From Vicugna vicugna (lineage: Eukaryota), in assembly GCA_013265495.1 (NCBI GenBank), contig MU058844.1:1680941-1744940 (forward strand): a stretch of 64,000 nucleotides of DNA. The letters are read 5' to 3'. This document shows, piece after piece, positions 36,540 through 49,787 of the stretch. Within the stretch, counting starts at the first letter, position 1, and each line of letters opens with the position of its first letter. Position numbers and translations under genes: made by a program. The notes below the pieces were generated by a model. That model was given only the letters and a program-made list of their open reading frames with translations, ran no database searches and was not told where the DNA came from.

Positions 36540-38695
36540 ACTCCCTAGCTCAGTCCTACAGATGCAAAGTAACAAGAAGGAGGTTGACAGATCTAAGTAG
36601 GATATTTCTATTACACACTTAGTAAATATTTAAGACTTTCTATTTCTTGGTAGGAGTATTCATTTACTACAAAAACCTTGGGAAACAGAAGTTTGTTACA
36701 TTCCAGTGTGAGAGAGAAACAGCCCTCCAAATTCAAAGAGAACCAGGGCAATGAGAGGGTGAGAGGTACGAAGACAAAATTTTTAGTTGTGATGTATTCC
36801 TACTCCCTGACTTCTACTGGTATTGCTTCAGAAAAGCCACTGCCCAGCCAGTAATTAATGCAAGACAGAGAAATAGCGGTGCCATTTTAACTTAGGGGTG
36901 GGATGGTATGGTAGTATCATCTAGCTGAGATGCAGTGCAGATAACAAGAAATATAGGCAGACTGGTTGGCCGAGGCCATTTATTATTTCTTCTTCTTCAT
37001 CTCTTTTTTCTGAAACTGAAAGTGAGAAAATTATATTCCCATAAGATAATACTAGTTCCCTCCACTAATTGTAAGATAGATTTGCCTAGTGTGGGACAGT
37101 TTGTAAAAACTCTGTATCTTGAGACATTTTCATCTCCAAGTACTAAACTTAGGGTTGGCTGATAAGTAGGGCCTTGGCTGCTTTAGCTCCTTCCCCACCC
37201 CACTGATCATCAGCCCAGTGTTTGGTATGTCCAGGGAAAAGCTGACCAGAGGGAAGAATAGCATTTTTATTTGAGGAAGACAATCACTACAGAAGACAGA
37301 TATTCAACAGCTTATATGAGAAGAAGCAGAATTTCTTGATCAGATGGAAAAAGAATTTAAAAAAAGAGAAAAAAAGAAATTATCTTCAGAAAGATAAAAA
37401 GATATTGGTATAACAGTAATAAGCAGTTTTATAAAAAAGAATTAATTCAAAATATTCAGTATGAAATATATAATTTGAACAAACTAACTGAATGAGGTAA
37501 ACAGCAGAAAGAAAACAACCAAAGGATGAATTAAAGTAAATTGAAAGATTAGATTTATAACTCTTTTACTGTATCTTAGGAAAGGATCTGTAAGGGATAG
37601 AAAGATAGAAAATTAAGAAAGACATGTGGAGGCTAGAGGAAGTCTCAGCAGATGTATAATGGATTTTCCACTAAAGGGAGAAAAATAAACAATGAATAAA
37701 TAGTAGGAAATAGTTGAAGAAATAAATTATCCTACTTTCTCAGATTAAAAAAAGGAAAGAAACTCATTTTAAGGGAGCACATGGAACGCCAAACAATGAA
37801 TAGAACAAAGTGAAACTGACCAAAAAAAAAAATCCTTAAAAACATCAAACTGAATTTTAAGAATAATAAAGGAAGGGGGAATGGGAGGCTCTAAAAGCTT
37901 ATAGAGAAATAAATAGATTCCTTCCACAGGTACAAGATTTGGGTTGGTGTCAGACTTCTCAAAAACTTTAAAAATAGGGATACAGTGAAATAATATTTTC
38001 AAAGAAAAGAAACTCTAACATAGAATTTTGTATTTGTCTAACTACACAAATGTGAAAGTAACATACAATCTTTCTCAGGCATATACATCTCAGTTTTACC
38101 ACAGAAAGACTAATCTTAAAAGGAATCTCAGATGAAGTATTTCATTAAAGACAAGAACCAGAATTCCAGGAGGAAATATATGAGAACTATGGATGAGTAA
38201 ATAATTTAATAGAATTTAATATTTTCTTTAAAGAATGTGCCCTAAAAATGTGTATAAATGACAATCCAGAAGTAAAATCTGACAGTACAAACATGATGTA
38301 GGAGTAGGACACATTACTAAGCACTTATGTTTTCCATTAGGAAGAGATGAATAAACACAGTTAGATTAAATTAAATTAGAATAAATACAGTTCTAAATAC
38401 AGTTAGAAAATTGAAATGAAATATTAAATGTCTTAAATTAAGTCCAATTTTAAACAGTACAAAAATATGTGTAACTTTCTTTTTTTTAAGTTTTTTTCTT
38501 TTTTTTAGTCAATTATAGTATGTAACTTTCAAATAAACAAAAAGCATGAAAGGAGAAAAAGAAATAGAGAATGTGGTAAATACATAACATGAAATAAGAC
38601 AGTTAAAAACAGTCAATACAGCTGTAATCACAGTAAGTGTAAACAAGTTAAATTTACTCATCAGAAGAGATTCTCAGATTGAATGAAAATGATCT
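36540..38695 (+). mobile_element. Old L1 5' region: 5'UTR, ORF1 and start of ORF2
   Basis: A-rich; tgtcagacttctca...aatattttcaaag (ORF1 C-terminal); gtaatcacagtaagtgtaaacaagttaaat...agattctcagattg resembles the ORF2 endonuclease start ITLNVNGLN..R.RLSDW. Confidence 0.7.
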
Positions 38696-38699
38696 GTCA

Positions 38700-39150
38700 A
38701 TCTCATAATTTTAGTTTCCCAAGAAACAGATTTTTAGACAGTGACTGGTGTGCAAGAGGTTTATTGAGATGGATTCTAAAAAGCAGTAGTTGTAGGGAAT
38801 GAGGGAAGGAGGATTGAGCAGAGGAAGAAGTTGAACTATGTAACAGTTTCAACAAAACTTGCAGCTGATTCCACAGGGAGCTCTGAGGCTGGAATGGTCT
38901 TTCAGACATGTCCAAAATTGAAGCAAGGAGGCTGAGACTTCATATCAACACAATGACCAAGTAAATATTAGGTGTGGGCTAACACCAGGAGGTGACAACC
39001 TTGCGTGAAGCAGGTCCCTTTGACCGAGGGTAATTCCTGGACAGGGACTCATCTGTGAGTCACAGACAGGCAACACTGCCCGTGACTGACAGAATGAGTT
39101 TCTTAGTCCTGAAGAGGGGAAGGGAGGGGTGCAGCACAGTCTCCAGCACA
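38700..39150 (-). mobile_element. ERVL 3' LTR (LTR16A-like)
   Basis: gtgcaagaggtttattg...gattgagcagaggaagaagttgaact...ccacagggagctctgaggctgg; homologous to 9105-9535. Confidence 0.85.
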
Positions 39151-40640
39151 GCCCACACCCTGAGTCACTCAACTTCACTTGCTTAATGAAATATCTTCAC
39201 CCATCTAGGAACTACTTCTCCAAAATTCTAGCTGCTCTCTTTTCCTAGGAACACTTCCAAGAAAAAAGGTCAGTGGGATAAACTACAGCCCCCGCTACTG
39301 AGGCTGTGTTAACCTGTTCTAGTAACTTGCACAGTAGCTACAACTTGGTAAAGTTTGAAACAGTCTACCTTAATCCACCAAAATCTGTCTGTGTTTTGTA
39401 GGGACAAGACTAGTTTCGGAGATATAATCAGAACCATCACCTCTGCATCATTTAGTTTTTTAAGGGAGGTATCAATCTCCACCAATCCCCAGGATACAGT
39501 TTAGGTCTGCATTTACTATCTTAGCCAGGTTGAGGAGGGCGAATGTTCAGTGCCTTTCTTTCTCTTGGTTTTCCCTACTCTGACGGTTCTTACCTCACAG
39601 ACCAAGGAACTAATGTATCAGCTCTGTCAAGTAGCAAGTATATGTATTCCAATTATTTATTTGGTGGCTAGGGAAAGTGGTCACTGGGTGACTCCTTGAG
39701 CTCAATGAACCTGTGGGTGAGCTGAACCTTCATACATTCTTACTCTAACAGAGGCATCAAGATCATGCTTCAAGTTCCTATTTGTCAGTACTAACTCAAA
39801 TTCTGTGTCCAACATTTCCAAATGTCTGTGTAGTTTGAGTATTCCCCTTTTACCAGTGTAGTTACCTGCCTCAATGACCATGGTTCCCTTTGGAGAAAGA
39901 CAGAGGGGATAATTACAATGAACATTTGTAATGGTATTACAGGGTTCTCCTCCTGAGGGCCTGGTCTTTCTTTCAGTCATTGAGTTCTGGGTCTGAAATC
40001 TGGCTTAGAGCTAGGAAGTGGCAGGGAGTCATGATTTTAGTGGAGTGGATATCCTCAGCATCCTGATTATCTATCCTTGAAATATGTTGATTGTACAGAT
40101 TGAGTAATAACCCTTGTGGGTTGCCTACCCATCTTGCTCCTAGGGTATTGTGTTCTATGTAACTACCTCCATAGCTCACTGTAGGTCAGCACCACCCCAT
40201 TTTCTGGCTGCCATTCAGATCCTGTTGCTTATTTCTATAATTGCAGCCACCTGCCTTCTCATAGTTAAACACCACCAGCTGGTCTCTATTATTTTGAGAT
40301 CTTATCATGTCCCATTACTATCAGTCTGAACCATCATCTTCTACCACCAGATGGCAAGCTTCTCAGTGATGTTAGTGCCTCTTTCAGAACATTCTTTAGA
40401 GTTTTGGAAAACCAAGTGTCTCTGGGCTTTCTCGTGGAACACTGTTAAGATGTTAGTTTTCCTATCTGCTCCGGTTATCACTGAGAGAAAGGGGACTTGC
40501 CATAGATATAGGTTGAGAGGGAGCCAGGAATTTTTAGTGGATGAAAACAGTAAAGGTGAAGAAAATGATCTAGGTCGAGTCCTTTGGAAAACAGTAGACT
40601 CTATTTTGCTCAATAAATTAGTTCTTTCTTTCCTTTATTT
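39151..40640 (-). mobile_element. ERVL (HERV16/ERV3-16A3-like) internal remnant including decayed protease
   Basis: Abuts the LTR16; ORF 39702..39980 has MLDTEFELVLTNRNLKHDLDASVRVRMYEG, resembling the ERVL protease LLDTGSELTLIPGDPK..GPPV.VGAYGG. Confidence 0.75.
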
Positions 40641-40849
40641 AATGTATGCACAGCTGACTTTAGCCCAATGTTAACAAAAAATCGAAAAAATTAGAAAACA
40701 TTTATCAATCAACCTTAGTTCATAATTGTTATTAATTCTAAACTCAAATATAACCAATGATTTATTTCTGACTTATTAAAATCCATAAATTTATTCTCTT
40801 AGGGAAGAATTTATTGACCCTATTTTGAATTTCACTAAAAAGTAAGAAC

Positions 40850-41945
40850 CATGGATGCTAAGATGTTTTTCCTATTGTTTACTTAACCTAAAGTTACAAA
40901 GAATTTTCCTATATTTTCTCCTAGAAGTTTTAGTTTTCAGTTTCACTTCTAGGTCAATAATATATGTTGAGTAATTTTTGTATATGGTGTGAGGTATAGA
41001 TCAAATTTCTTTCTTTTTTTCTCTATGTGTATGGGAATCCAATCATTCAAATATCATCTACTAAAAAATATTTTTTCCACTGAATATTTTTTCTCCTTTG
41101 TTAAATAACTATATATGTGTGGGTCATTTCTGAACTCTGTTTTTTTTTCATATTGACTTACTTGCTTATCTTTACATCAGTACCATACTGTCCTGAAGTT
41201 TTTCTTTTTGAGGTGCTTTTCTTTCTTTTTCTTGAGTTATTGCTCTGGTTAGAGCCCCCATTATAATTTTGAATAGAAGTGGTTGTGAGTGGATATTCTT
41301 GCCTTGTTCCTGATCTTAGGAAGTAACTCCAGTCTTTCACAATTAAGCATGATGTTAGATGTGTGTTTATTATAGATCCCTTTTATTAAAATTTTTTAAA
41401 AAGTTGTCTATTCCTAGTTTGCTGAGAGTTTTGTTTTGTTTCATTTTTAATAAGTACTGGGTTTTGGCTTTTGTCAAATGGTTTTTCTATGTCTGATTTA
41501 GTCTATTCATTTTCTTTAGTCTATTAATATAGTGAATTACATTGGTTTGTTTTCAAGTGTTAAACTAATTTTGCACTCTAGAGAGAAATACCAATTTGTC
41601 TTGATTCTTTTAATATATTGTTGGATTCAATATGGTAACATTTTATTAGGAATTTTTATATTCTTTTTCACGAGGGATTTTAGTCTGTAGTTTTCTTTTC
41701 TTATAATGTCTTTGCCTGATTTTTGATATTAAAATATTATTTGCCTCATAAAGGAGTTGGAAAGTTTTTCCTCTACACTTTTCTAGCATAATTTACATAG
41801 ATTTGTGTGTATTTTTTTTTTTCTTACATGTTTGACAGACTTAGTGAAGCTATCTGGCTTGGAGTATACTCTTTTTTGGGAGGGAAATTTTAACTTGAAA
41901 TTCAATTTCTTCAATAAATATAGGAATATTCAGATTATCTAAGAA
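40850..41945 (-). mobile_element. L1M ORF2 fragments
   Basis: ORF 41158..41340 LRSGTRQEYPL resembles the L1 RT motif LRSGTRQGCPL; typical antisense L1 sequence. Confidence 0.85.
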
Positions 41946-42314
41946 GATTCAAATTCTTTCATAATACTGCTTAACAAATAGTGTTACTTTTGAAGAAAAC
42001 TAGGAAAAAGGAGTATTCTCTAGCATTAAAGACTTGTAAAGATTAGAGGAAGAAGGTGAGAAAAATAGAATAAAATTAATTGCAATATAAAGTTTTTAAA
42101 GTTGACATAAATTATGACAGTGAAAAAATATATCAAGGGGTTTTAGTAGTATAAATACATCTAAGTTTATAAGGTTGGTTTTTATCAGATACCATTCATT
42201 TATATAAGCCAATAAAGTTTATGGAGATGGATAGCTCATGATTAGTAATACACAGTATTTCATATTAGTACTGATATAATCAAGATAATATGAATGTCAA
42301 GAAATAAAATTCCT

Positions 42315-43560
42315 TTATTCATTCACTTATTCACAAACTCATTTATATATTCATTGATTCAGTATCTTAACACATTCATGAACTTATTTATCCCCAAATG
42401 TCAATTACTGAAGGTCTTTTATATGCCAGGCACTATTTCAAGCTCTGGAAATTTAGCTGTGAATAATAAAGATCAGCTTAAGGAAACAAATAGGAAAATT
42501 TCCAATAACCATAAACACTGCAACAAAAGTAAAGCCAAATGATGCAAAAGAGAATGACCAGGGACTGCTGCTTTAGATTGAGAAATCGGAAGGGTGTTAA
42601 TAAGGAGATGGAATTCAAGCTGACTCCTCAGTGACAAAAAGGAGGAGTCAGCAGACATATTTAGAGGACAAATAATTCATGCATAGGAAACAACTCATGA
42701 ATAAAACAACATGATGGAATGAGCTGGGCCTATCTGAGGATCTCTGAGGCCAGTGGAGCTGGAACAGACTGAGGGAAATACAGTCAGTGGGATCTAAAGA
42801 AGAGGAGTGGAGAGGATCTACATAACAAGCACTGTAGGCCAAAGTTTAGTACAGGAGAGATGGGAATCTCGTGGACAGCATCAAGCAGAAAAGTGACATA
42901 TGATTTATGTTTGTAGAAGATCACCCAGATGTTCTGTGGAGGATAGACTAGGGCAAGAGTGGAAATGGGGAGATCAGGTAAAAAATGATGGTGGCTTGGA
43001 TCAGGGTGATGGTAACAGATATGGAAGTAAGTGAATGAATATATGTTGCACTTTGGATCTAGATAGGACATGATGCTGGACTGGATTAAGGAGTTGGGGA
43101 ACATTTTCCTCCAGCTGACTTGCACATTTCTGGACTTAATGGCTATATGTGGTGCTATCATTTCCTGAGATAGAAAGTACTAAATAAGAAGATTTGAAGG
43201 AAGGCATATTAATATGTCTTTAAAGGTATCTTCAGTTTGAAGTACCCAGTGGATATTCCAGTGGAAATGTCAAATAGGCATTTGTACACATAAATTCAGA
43301 GTTTAATGAGATGCCATTCACTAACACATTAACTCATTCCACAAAAAGTTATTTAGAGACTATTACATGATGTAACTGTGCCAGTAATGGGGATGTTTAT
43401 ATAAGGAAGAATTAAGATCATCTCTTACTCTTAAAAATTCACCTTCTAGAGAGAGAGACAGACACACAAATGCATAAATACCATACAGGTTGATAAGTGC
43501 TACAACAAAAAGGGAACAGAGCACTTTAAATATCAAATGATGGCACAATCATTTCTGCTT
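42315..43560 (-). mobile_element. L2 (long 3' portion plus a second tail)
   Basis: attcattcac...atgccaggcactatt...gaagatcacccag...gaaatgtcaaataggca. Confidence 0.85.
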
Positions 43561-44293
43561 TAGAGAACTGGTAAAGGAGCTGCTAAAATTTTGAAGTTGA
43601 TGGTATTTTATTTTTAGTACAAAAATGATGCCAAATTACTGGAGTAAAATTTCTGAAAATAATCTTGTAAATGTGTATGAGATCTTTGAAAGTTAAGCAT
43701 AACTTAACAGAAAGACACCATAGGGAATTATCTCCAAATACAAATAGAGACAAATAGAAGAATCAATACACCACGTGTAGTGAAAGTAGAGTGTTTCTCA
43801 CATATTGCATTTTGTCCAATTAGTTTTACCACCTTTCTTGGATAACATATTTTCCAATGAGTAATTCAGTGGGCATCAATTTCCTTTCCATCCTCTTTAA
43901 TATTGTCTAGGCAAGTGAGAATTTGTCAAGGTATATTTTAAAAGTACGCATAAGTGCCCACATCCTCCAGTTTCTTGGCAACACATATGTGCCAAATCTT
44001 ATTTTCAAATGTTTGCTGCTGCTATCACCTACTCTACTTAATTAAGGACTTTGTGGACTTCTTGTCCTACCTCTGTCTTTATAGCCTTGAAAGCAGCAAT
44101 TAAACTGCTTGAAACCAAAATCTTGCACCCTCCTGGAAACTGTGAGTGTAGGGAGGGGAGATGGGCGATTAGGTAGATAATTTGCCTCAGACAGTTGTGT
44201 ATTCCCAGTATAGAGTTAAGAAACAAGGAAGCTCTAAATGGGGGATGCAGGAGTGGTACATTTGCCAGTTTTCTGGTCCCTCTTCAGGTGTAG

Positions 44294-44795
44294 TGTAAGG
44301 ACTAAAATTAAGGATCAATATTATGTGCTGCCTTGACATCTGCTGAAACCAGGAGGACCTCAAATAGCCTAACCACACACTCGCTTCCCAATTCTGCTTC
44401 CATGGATAAGACCTCCTAGCCAAGCAAGGCTCCTTATCAAAGGGACCAACTGAAGTTCCTGCTTGTGCCCGAGTAGTCAGTTTCAGTTCCCTTCCAGGCC
44501 ATGGGATTATGCAAACAAGCCAATTATATCTTCCCACAGAACCAGGGATCATCCCACCCTCTTGAGGCCTCCCTCAGGCCCCGGCTGTTCACTCTGTTTC
44601 TGAGTGGAAGCTCCACGTGGTCCTGCATTGCACGTGGTGTTCCCCTCCTCTGAGTTGTGAGTATATGTGACTAATCAACTATTGTCAGTCTCATCTGTCC
44701 ATTCTTATCTGTCAGGTCTTGCGTGTTTGTCCATCCCCATAACCTTAGGGCAGGGATCTCTCCTTCATGAACAGAGTGAATAGGAGGTGACTGAA
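44294..44795 (+). mobile_element. ERVL solo LTR MER74-like
   Basis: tgtaaggactaaaattaagg..caatattatgtgctgccttgacatctg...gtgagtatatgtgactaat...tctcatctgtcca. Confidence 0.8.
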
Positions 44796-45699
44796 GTGAG
44801 TTGGTAGTAGGATATATGCAGCGCTTTGTCCTGGACAGGAACAGAACAATTTAAGAACCCAAGAAGTGTGGGTTGGTAGCAGATAATTTTCAGTATAATG
44901 AAAATAAATAATTTGCCTTATTTGCCATCCTAACTTGTCCTAAGTGCTTTTTGAAACTTGATGTTATATATTCACAACTGCTTTCTTCCTGCCTCATTGC
45001 CTTTAACCTTTATTCCACATCTTGCTATGATCCTCTATCTGTATCAGGATCTTAATCCTCAGTTCTGCATAACTGAGTCCCTTTTCCAATTATACTTTCC
45101 TTTCTGAGGACCTTCCAAGATACACATCAGGCCTTCTCACACTGCGTACAATGGGTGTTCAGAGTCAGGGGTTCTGTAAGAGCAAATCGTTTCCATCCTC
45201 TCTTGGCCCTTGACGTCCACAATTATGATCCTTCAGGTTTTGAGTGGAGTCTATTCTTTGCTCATCAACTCCTGCCAAGTTCAGTAGTTAGGATGCTTGC
45301 ATGTGGTCTCATTATTTTGTTTGGAGTATTATCCATTTTTAGAACACCAGGCAGCATTCCTTCCAAAAATGTAAAAACTCTTCCACAAATGATAGCTATT
45401 AAGGTTTCTTTCCCGCTCCTTGGATTAGCACTGCAAATTAAAGTTGACTAACATCTATTACCCACACGGGTATGCCTGTGAACATTTTACACAGTAAGTT
45501 GTGATCCAGTTGCAGTTGCCTTCCATCTTCAAGTACATAGAGTTTTCAGGAATAACTGTTGATGCTATCAGCTTTGTAGCTATTTTCATAACATGGGTAC
45601 CTACTCTGGGGTCACACGTGCACATACACTCATGTATATCCCATTTTCATACATACAATAGATTACTTGTTTGTTCCCCCTTCCCTCTCCACTGTTGCA

Positions 45700-46700
45700 A
45701 AAATATTCCATTTCCATTTGATTTTAATGGAAAATGTTCTCCAGAGGAGCAAAAGGGAGCACTTGGTTATCCAATAAACTGGAGCTGCAGTGATAACACA
45801 TTCAGAGTTGTCAAGGAGGAGGAGATTGATTTCTGTAAATGGAATCAGATGGCAACTGAAAACGATAGCTTCAAAACTATCTCCCCCTTCTGTTTGACAT
45901 CGATCTTTTCTACATGTGCCAGCTCATTATCTGGTGGGCAAAGGGGAATTGAGACTTGACGTCATCCATGGCAGTTTTACAAGGGGGAGTGGAAGGGCAG
46001 ACTGTCTGGTACTGATTGACAGAGATTTGCAGCCCACAAATGATGGCATGATATACTCATATGGGAAGAAAAGTATTTATTTGTGGGTTAAAATTACATT
46101 TAAATAGTTGGAGATCATGTTATAAATGGTAAGAAATCCTACAATATGCAATTCTAGTCTAGGCTAGTAGTTTAAAAAAATAGGCTTGTATTAATATGGC
46201 ATTTCCCAGCTCATACTTTGGTCTGCTCTGCAAATTGAAGACAATTTAATTTTAGTTTGAGTCTTTGGAGCACTTTTGATGCATTTCCAAGGGCAGATTA
46301 AAGACAATTCATGGGCTGTGGAATGTATCACAGTTACCCAAGTTAGGACCTGGTAATTGATAGGAATGAATGAATGCGTTTACTGTAGGAGGGTTTTGAG
46401 ATCAAACAGGTCTAATGAAATTGTTTTAAATGGATTCTTCACCTCATTTAGAAAAGAGTGTCTGTAACCCCATCAATTTACACTAAAAGGTCCTTTTGGC
46501 CTTCCAGGGAGATCAGTATGTACATTTATTTTTGATAATATCGACTGGATGCTGCCCTCTACTACATGTGTGTCTGTCACAGCGTGCTCTCATTGTGTGG
46601 GAACTCTGCATCGCAGACTTTTTGCATTAATTTTGGAGATAATATAGCTTTAATGGAACTGGAATCCTGTGGCACATGTGACAAAAAAAAAGCCTCCCTG
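45700..46700. promoter_or_regulatory. Candidate enhancer block (E-box, CRE, PBX-MEIS, CTCF-like)
   Basis: CAGATGG at 45846, TGACGTCA 45957-45964, TGATTGACAG 46013-46022, CTCF-like 46551-46565; repeat-free. Confidence 0.45.
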
Positions 46701-46829
46701 CTTCCAGGTAGAGTGCACTAAATAGTATATCAAAATACACTGCAGCATAGGCATTGAGCCCACAGATTCAGCTTTTAAGAAATAAACACAGGGTAATTCT
46801 CTTGTTTGCTTACATTTTAAAGCACAGCT

Positions 46830-47535
46830 TACATCCTTCCTTTGCTTCTCAACCATCCTCTGACTTCTATGCCCCACCTCCATGATCCTCACTCTCAGCA
46901 GGTAACTTTGTCCCTATGGGATGAAAACCATGAAAGGCCATAATAAGCAAAACTCCTTACAAATTATCTCCTATCTATCTTAACAGAAACTTCCTGAAGA
47001 TGGGTTCATACCAATTCCACTTCCTCATCCTCTGTTTGTTCACCACTTATTGTAGTTTGACTTCTAGCCACACCATTCTATTAAAATAGGCACCCACTAA
47101 AATCAAGGAGGACTTCCTAACAGGTAAATGAAACCACCATTTCCCTGCCTCACTCCACTTGATCTCTGTGACATCTGGCATTACTGTTCCATATTCCTTT
47201 CCCTTCCTCTTCTTCCTCCTTCTCATCCAAAATACCATTTCCTCTTGCTTTAATTTTTTTCCCCTAATCCCTTGGACTGTTCCATTTCTGTCTGCCCCAG
47301 GGACACCTTTGCCTATGTTTGCTTGGAGAGGGGAGGCTTATGCTTGGTTGCAAGTATTCTCAGAGCCACACAGCACATGGGGCTGGAGGGCTCACTACTC
47401 TGCCTTGCCTTCTGTCACGCATGGTACCCACTCTGTAACCATTTCATGTCCAATTTTCTGGCCAGATGTGAGGATAAAAAGTTCTTAAGTCATTACTTGG
47501 TATACAGTAAATGCTTAATTAAAGCCAGCTAATTA
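46830..47535 (+). mobile_element. L2 fragments
   Basis: caccattctattaaaataggcacc...acttgatctctgtgacatctggcattactg...cttggtatacagtaaatgctt. Confidence 0.65.
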
Positions 47536-49107
47536 TGGATGCATTTAAAAGATCTGGTATAAATATTTAAAAACTTTTTATAATTTGCATTTGCCATTAA
47601 TTCTCAGTAATGCTTCCTCTCCTTTAAAACAATTTCATTTATATCCAAATGAAAACTATCCATGAATTATCCTATGTCACTTCTTTCTTCTTTCCTCTCT
47701 ATTAATGATTTATTTTATTGAATTTAGGCAATTAGTTCTTTATATACATATCATCAGAGTTTCAGTAAAGTTTTTTGATAATTTCATGCATAACTTAAAA
47801 AATGAATATTATTTCACAGGATAAGAATCATAGAAGAAATTAATAGTAAAGTTAAAGGTATTTCTGCAGTAAGAGGGAATTGGAAGGCATGCATTTGCTT
47901 TGGATGAGCATTTAGTTGGACTAAAATTTGCAGTTAACAATGGAGAGCATTTGTGCCTTTAGTTTTTATCTCAGTGTTAGGAGCTATCACCAAAACCTTT
48001 GCAAAGATTGCTAATAATTAGGCCAAACAGTGTGTCATAACCTCTGACTAGTGTAAAGAGGTGATGCACGTGAAAAAAAAAATAGAGAAATGAGGTAGTG
48101 AGGTTTAGCAGAAAAATATAAAAGACCTACATTCAAGTTATAACTCCAGCACTCAAGCACTCATAACTCACTTCAACTCTCTAAATGAGAACCTGTAATT
48201 TGGGAAAAGTTACATCTATTTCCTAGTGCTGGAAATTTCTTTATGCACAGTAACTGCTATACATATGTAAAAGATTATTTAGACTATCTTTCTCTCAATA
48301 AATATGTATTATCAATTGGCTAAAATGAATTGTCTTTTTCCTAAAAGACGATAGTTTCATGGACCAGGCAGATCACCCCATGCTGCCTAACACAAATCAT
48401 CCTTATAATATTACCTGTTACTTTTACCTTCCCAAGTTTTATTTTGTTCATCTATAAAGTGGGAGCATGAATAGCACTTCTTTCATGAAGAGTTGTGAGG
48501 ATTAACTGAGATAATACATGTAACTGGTTGGCAGGTAGTGAGCACTCCATCTCTCTGGTCTCATTTTCAATCATCCTTTCTCATGTACCTTAAGAACTCT
48601 TCCTGTTGCCCCATGTTCATTTCTGGGATGCCATCCTCTCTCGTGCATCCATACTCTTGCACATATTCTTTCCTCTGCCAGGAATGTTGTTCCTTCATCC
48701 TCTCTCCTGTCCACATTCTTCCCACAAAAAACCATGTGCCTCTGTAAAGACAATTCACTTCTCCTTCTGGTGCTTGTCACTTCTGACCACCGGCCACGTT
48801 GTGAATTTCTCTTTAGAATAATAACTTCCATCCCAAAAAGTACCTCACTGTGTGAGCAATATTTTCACTCTAGCCTTAAAAATGGTAGGCAAGGTGGATC
48901 ACCAGGTGACATCTGCCACTACTGTCCCCTGACCTCCCATTTTGGGAAATTTCTTTTTAATGCTACTATTTGAAAAATACATAGAAAAGTGCTATTAGAA
49001 AATGATTATTTTAAAATCATGGCTAGACATACATTGCTACAAAAATCCTAGGAAAGCAAGACTCCAGAAAAATGGAAGTTTGTTACTGTGTAAAGCATTC
49101 AAGTTCC

Positions 49108-49787
49108 TTTTTTATTTTTACCAATATTAACTATTTTTAAAGTGTACAGATCAATAGTGTTAAGTATGTCCACCCTGTTGTGCAATCAATCTCCAGAACT
49201 CTCTTCACCTTGTAAAACTAAAACTCTGTACTCATTAAACAACAATTTCCCATTTCACTCTCTCCTGACCCCCTGGCAACCACCATTCTATTTACTGTCC
49301 CTATAAATTTGACTACTCCAGGCACCTTGGAGAAGTGGAATTATCAATATTTCTCTTTTTGGTGACTGGCTTATTTCATTTAGGGTCATGCCCTCAAGTC
49401 TCATTCATTGTAGTACGTATCTGAGTTTCCTTCCTTTCTAGGGTTGGATAATATTCCATTCCATTTTGTTTACCTGTTCATCTGGTGATGGACACTTAGG
49501 TTGCTTACATCTTTTGTCTATTGTGAATAATGCTACTATAAACATGGGTATACAATTATCTCTTTGAGACCCTACTTTCAGTTCCTTTGGGTGTATAACC
49601 AGAAGTGGAATTGCTGTATCATATGGTAATTTATTTTTTAATCTTTTGAGGAAACACCTTATTGTTTTCACAGCAGCCACATCATGTTACCAACACTGAA
49701 TGAAGGTGCTCATTTCTCCACATCTTCACCAGCACTTGTTGTTTGTGTGTTTGTTTGTTTTTATAGTAGCCATTCTAATGCATGTGC
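49108..49787 (-). mobile_element. L1MB 3' end
   Basis: T-tail, then tttaaagtgtacag...ccctggcaaccaccattcta...; ORF 49438..49680 LPYDTAIPLLVIHPKELK...CIPMFIVALFTI is the L1 ORF2 C-terminus. Confidence 0.9.

Noticed and set aside
39702..39980. Retroviral protease-like ORF as a domesticated gene
   Set aside because: The catalytic DTG motif reads DTE and neighbouring frames are broken; it is a decayed ERVL remnant.
45501..45959. Longest ORF in the track (152 aa)
   Set aside because: GTG start, no recognisable domain, no flanking splice signals; overlaps an enhancer-like block; this length is plausible by chance.
49438..49680. ORF resembling a real protein
   Set aside because: It is the L1 ORF2 C-terminus within a 5'-truncated L1MB.
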